DNA of 64,000 nucleotides from the human T2T-CHM13v2.0 reference genome, Homo sapiens: NCBI GenBank assembly GCA_009914755.4, contig CP068257.2, positions 27,328,001 to 27,392,000 of the forward strand, read 5' to 3'. Shown piece by piece: positions 63,427 to 64,000 of this stretch (position 1 is its first letter; each line of letters starts with the position of its first letter). The notes under the pieces were generated by a model. It saw only the letters and a program-made list of their open reading frames with translations, ran no database searches and was not told where the DNA came from. The position numbers and the translations under genes were made by a program.

Positions 63427-63574
63427 GTATATTTCATTGATTGAATCTTTAATGTTTATATCTCTAAATGAATATGTTTTAAAATGTAAAAATGGTATAA
63501 AGCTGCATATTATTGTTATATTATCTGCATTTTAATATAATGTTTGTATCTATATGTCATTTAATAGTCTTCTA

Positions 63575-63877
63575 CTTTTTTTTTTTTTTTTTGAGAAAGA
63601 ATCTCGCTCTGTTGCCCAGGCTGGAGTGCAGTGGTGCAATCTCAGCTCACTGCAACCTCCGCCTCCCAGGTTCAAACGGTTCTCTCGTGCCTCAGCCTCT
63701 GAGTAGCTGGGATTACAGACACATCCCACCACAGCCAGCTAATTTTTTTTTTTTTTTTTAATAGTGACGGGGTTTCCCTGTGTTGGTCAGGCTGGTCTTG
63801 AACTCCTGGCCTCAAGTGATCCGCCTGCCTTGGCCTCCAAAAGTGCTAGGATTACACGTGAGAGCCACTGCACCTGA
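63575..63877 (-). mobile_element. Alu (USP16 intron 2)
   Basis: T15 gagaaagaatctcgctctgttgcccaggctggagtgcagtggtgcaatctcagctcactgcaacc...acgtgagagccactgcacctga. Confidence 0.9.

Positions 63878-64000
<123 letters not shown>

Overview
The window is human, Alu-dense genomic DNA, not prokaryotic. I identify it as chr21q21.3: the 5' half of LTN1 (listerin E3 ubiquitin ligase, minus strand), the whole of RWDD2B (minus), and the promoter plus first two exons of USP16 (plus strand, head-to-head with RWDD2B). The gene identifications rest on translated exons bounded by recognisable splice sites, on my memory of the LTN1 and USP16 N-termini, and on the known chr21 gene order. For RWDD2B the support is the RWD-domain/DUF1115 look of its exons plus a reconstruction of exactly 319 aa, which equals the length I recall for the human protein.

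LTN1 exons 1-10 lie at 27.5 kb down to 1.1 kb. Exon 1 carries the start MGGKNKQRTKGNLR (ATG at 27524-27522). RWDD2B reconstructs as five coding exons, with a start codon in exon 1 inside its CpG island. The USP16 start MGKKRTKGKTVPIDDSSETL is at 63366.

Other content:
- An RPL23 processed pseudogene (32.2-32.8 kb).
- A solo LTR12-type (HERV9) LTR (34.7-36.1 kb).
- A full-length SVA retrotransposon inside RWDD2B intron 1 (46.1-48.2 kb).
- A degenerate L1 with a nested Alu.
- A MIR, a 48-bp x5 minisatellite, and about 59 Alu elements, including several young AluY copies with intact target-site duplications.
- Three CpG-island promoters (LTN1, RWDD2B, USP16) and one orphan CpG-rich, promoter-like segment near 37.3-37.9 kb.

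The supplied ORF track was evidently computed prokaryote-style: GTG starts are shown as M, and most listed ORFs are read-throughs of Alu, SVA-VNTR or LTR sequence, not genes. I see no evidence of a novel biological system. The points worth a second look are:
- a possible 1-nt homopolymer frameshift in LTN1 exon 9;
- a GC-AG intron in LTN1;
- in-frame upstream AUGs in LTN1 exon 1;
- the LTR12 and SVA insertions;
- the orphan CpG element.

I could run no database searches. All identifications are from reading the sequence plus memory of family consensus sequences, and all coordinates are hand-derived and may be off by a few bases.
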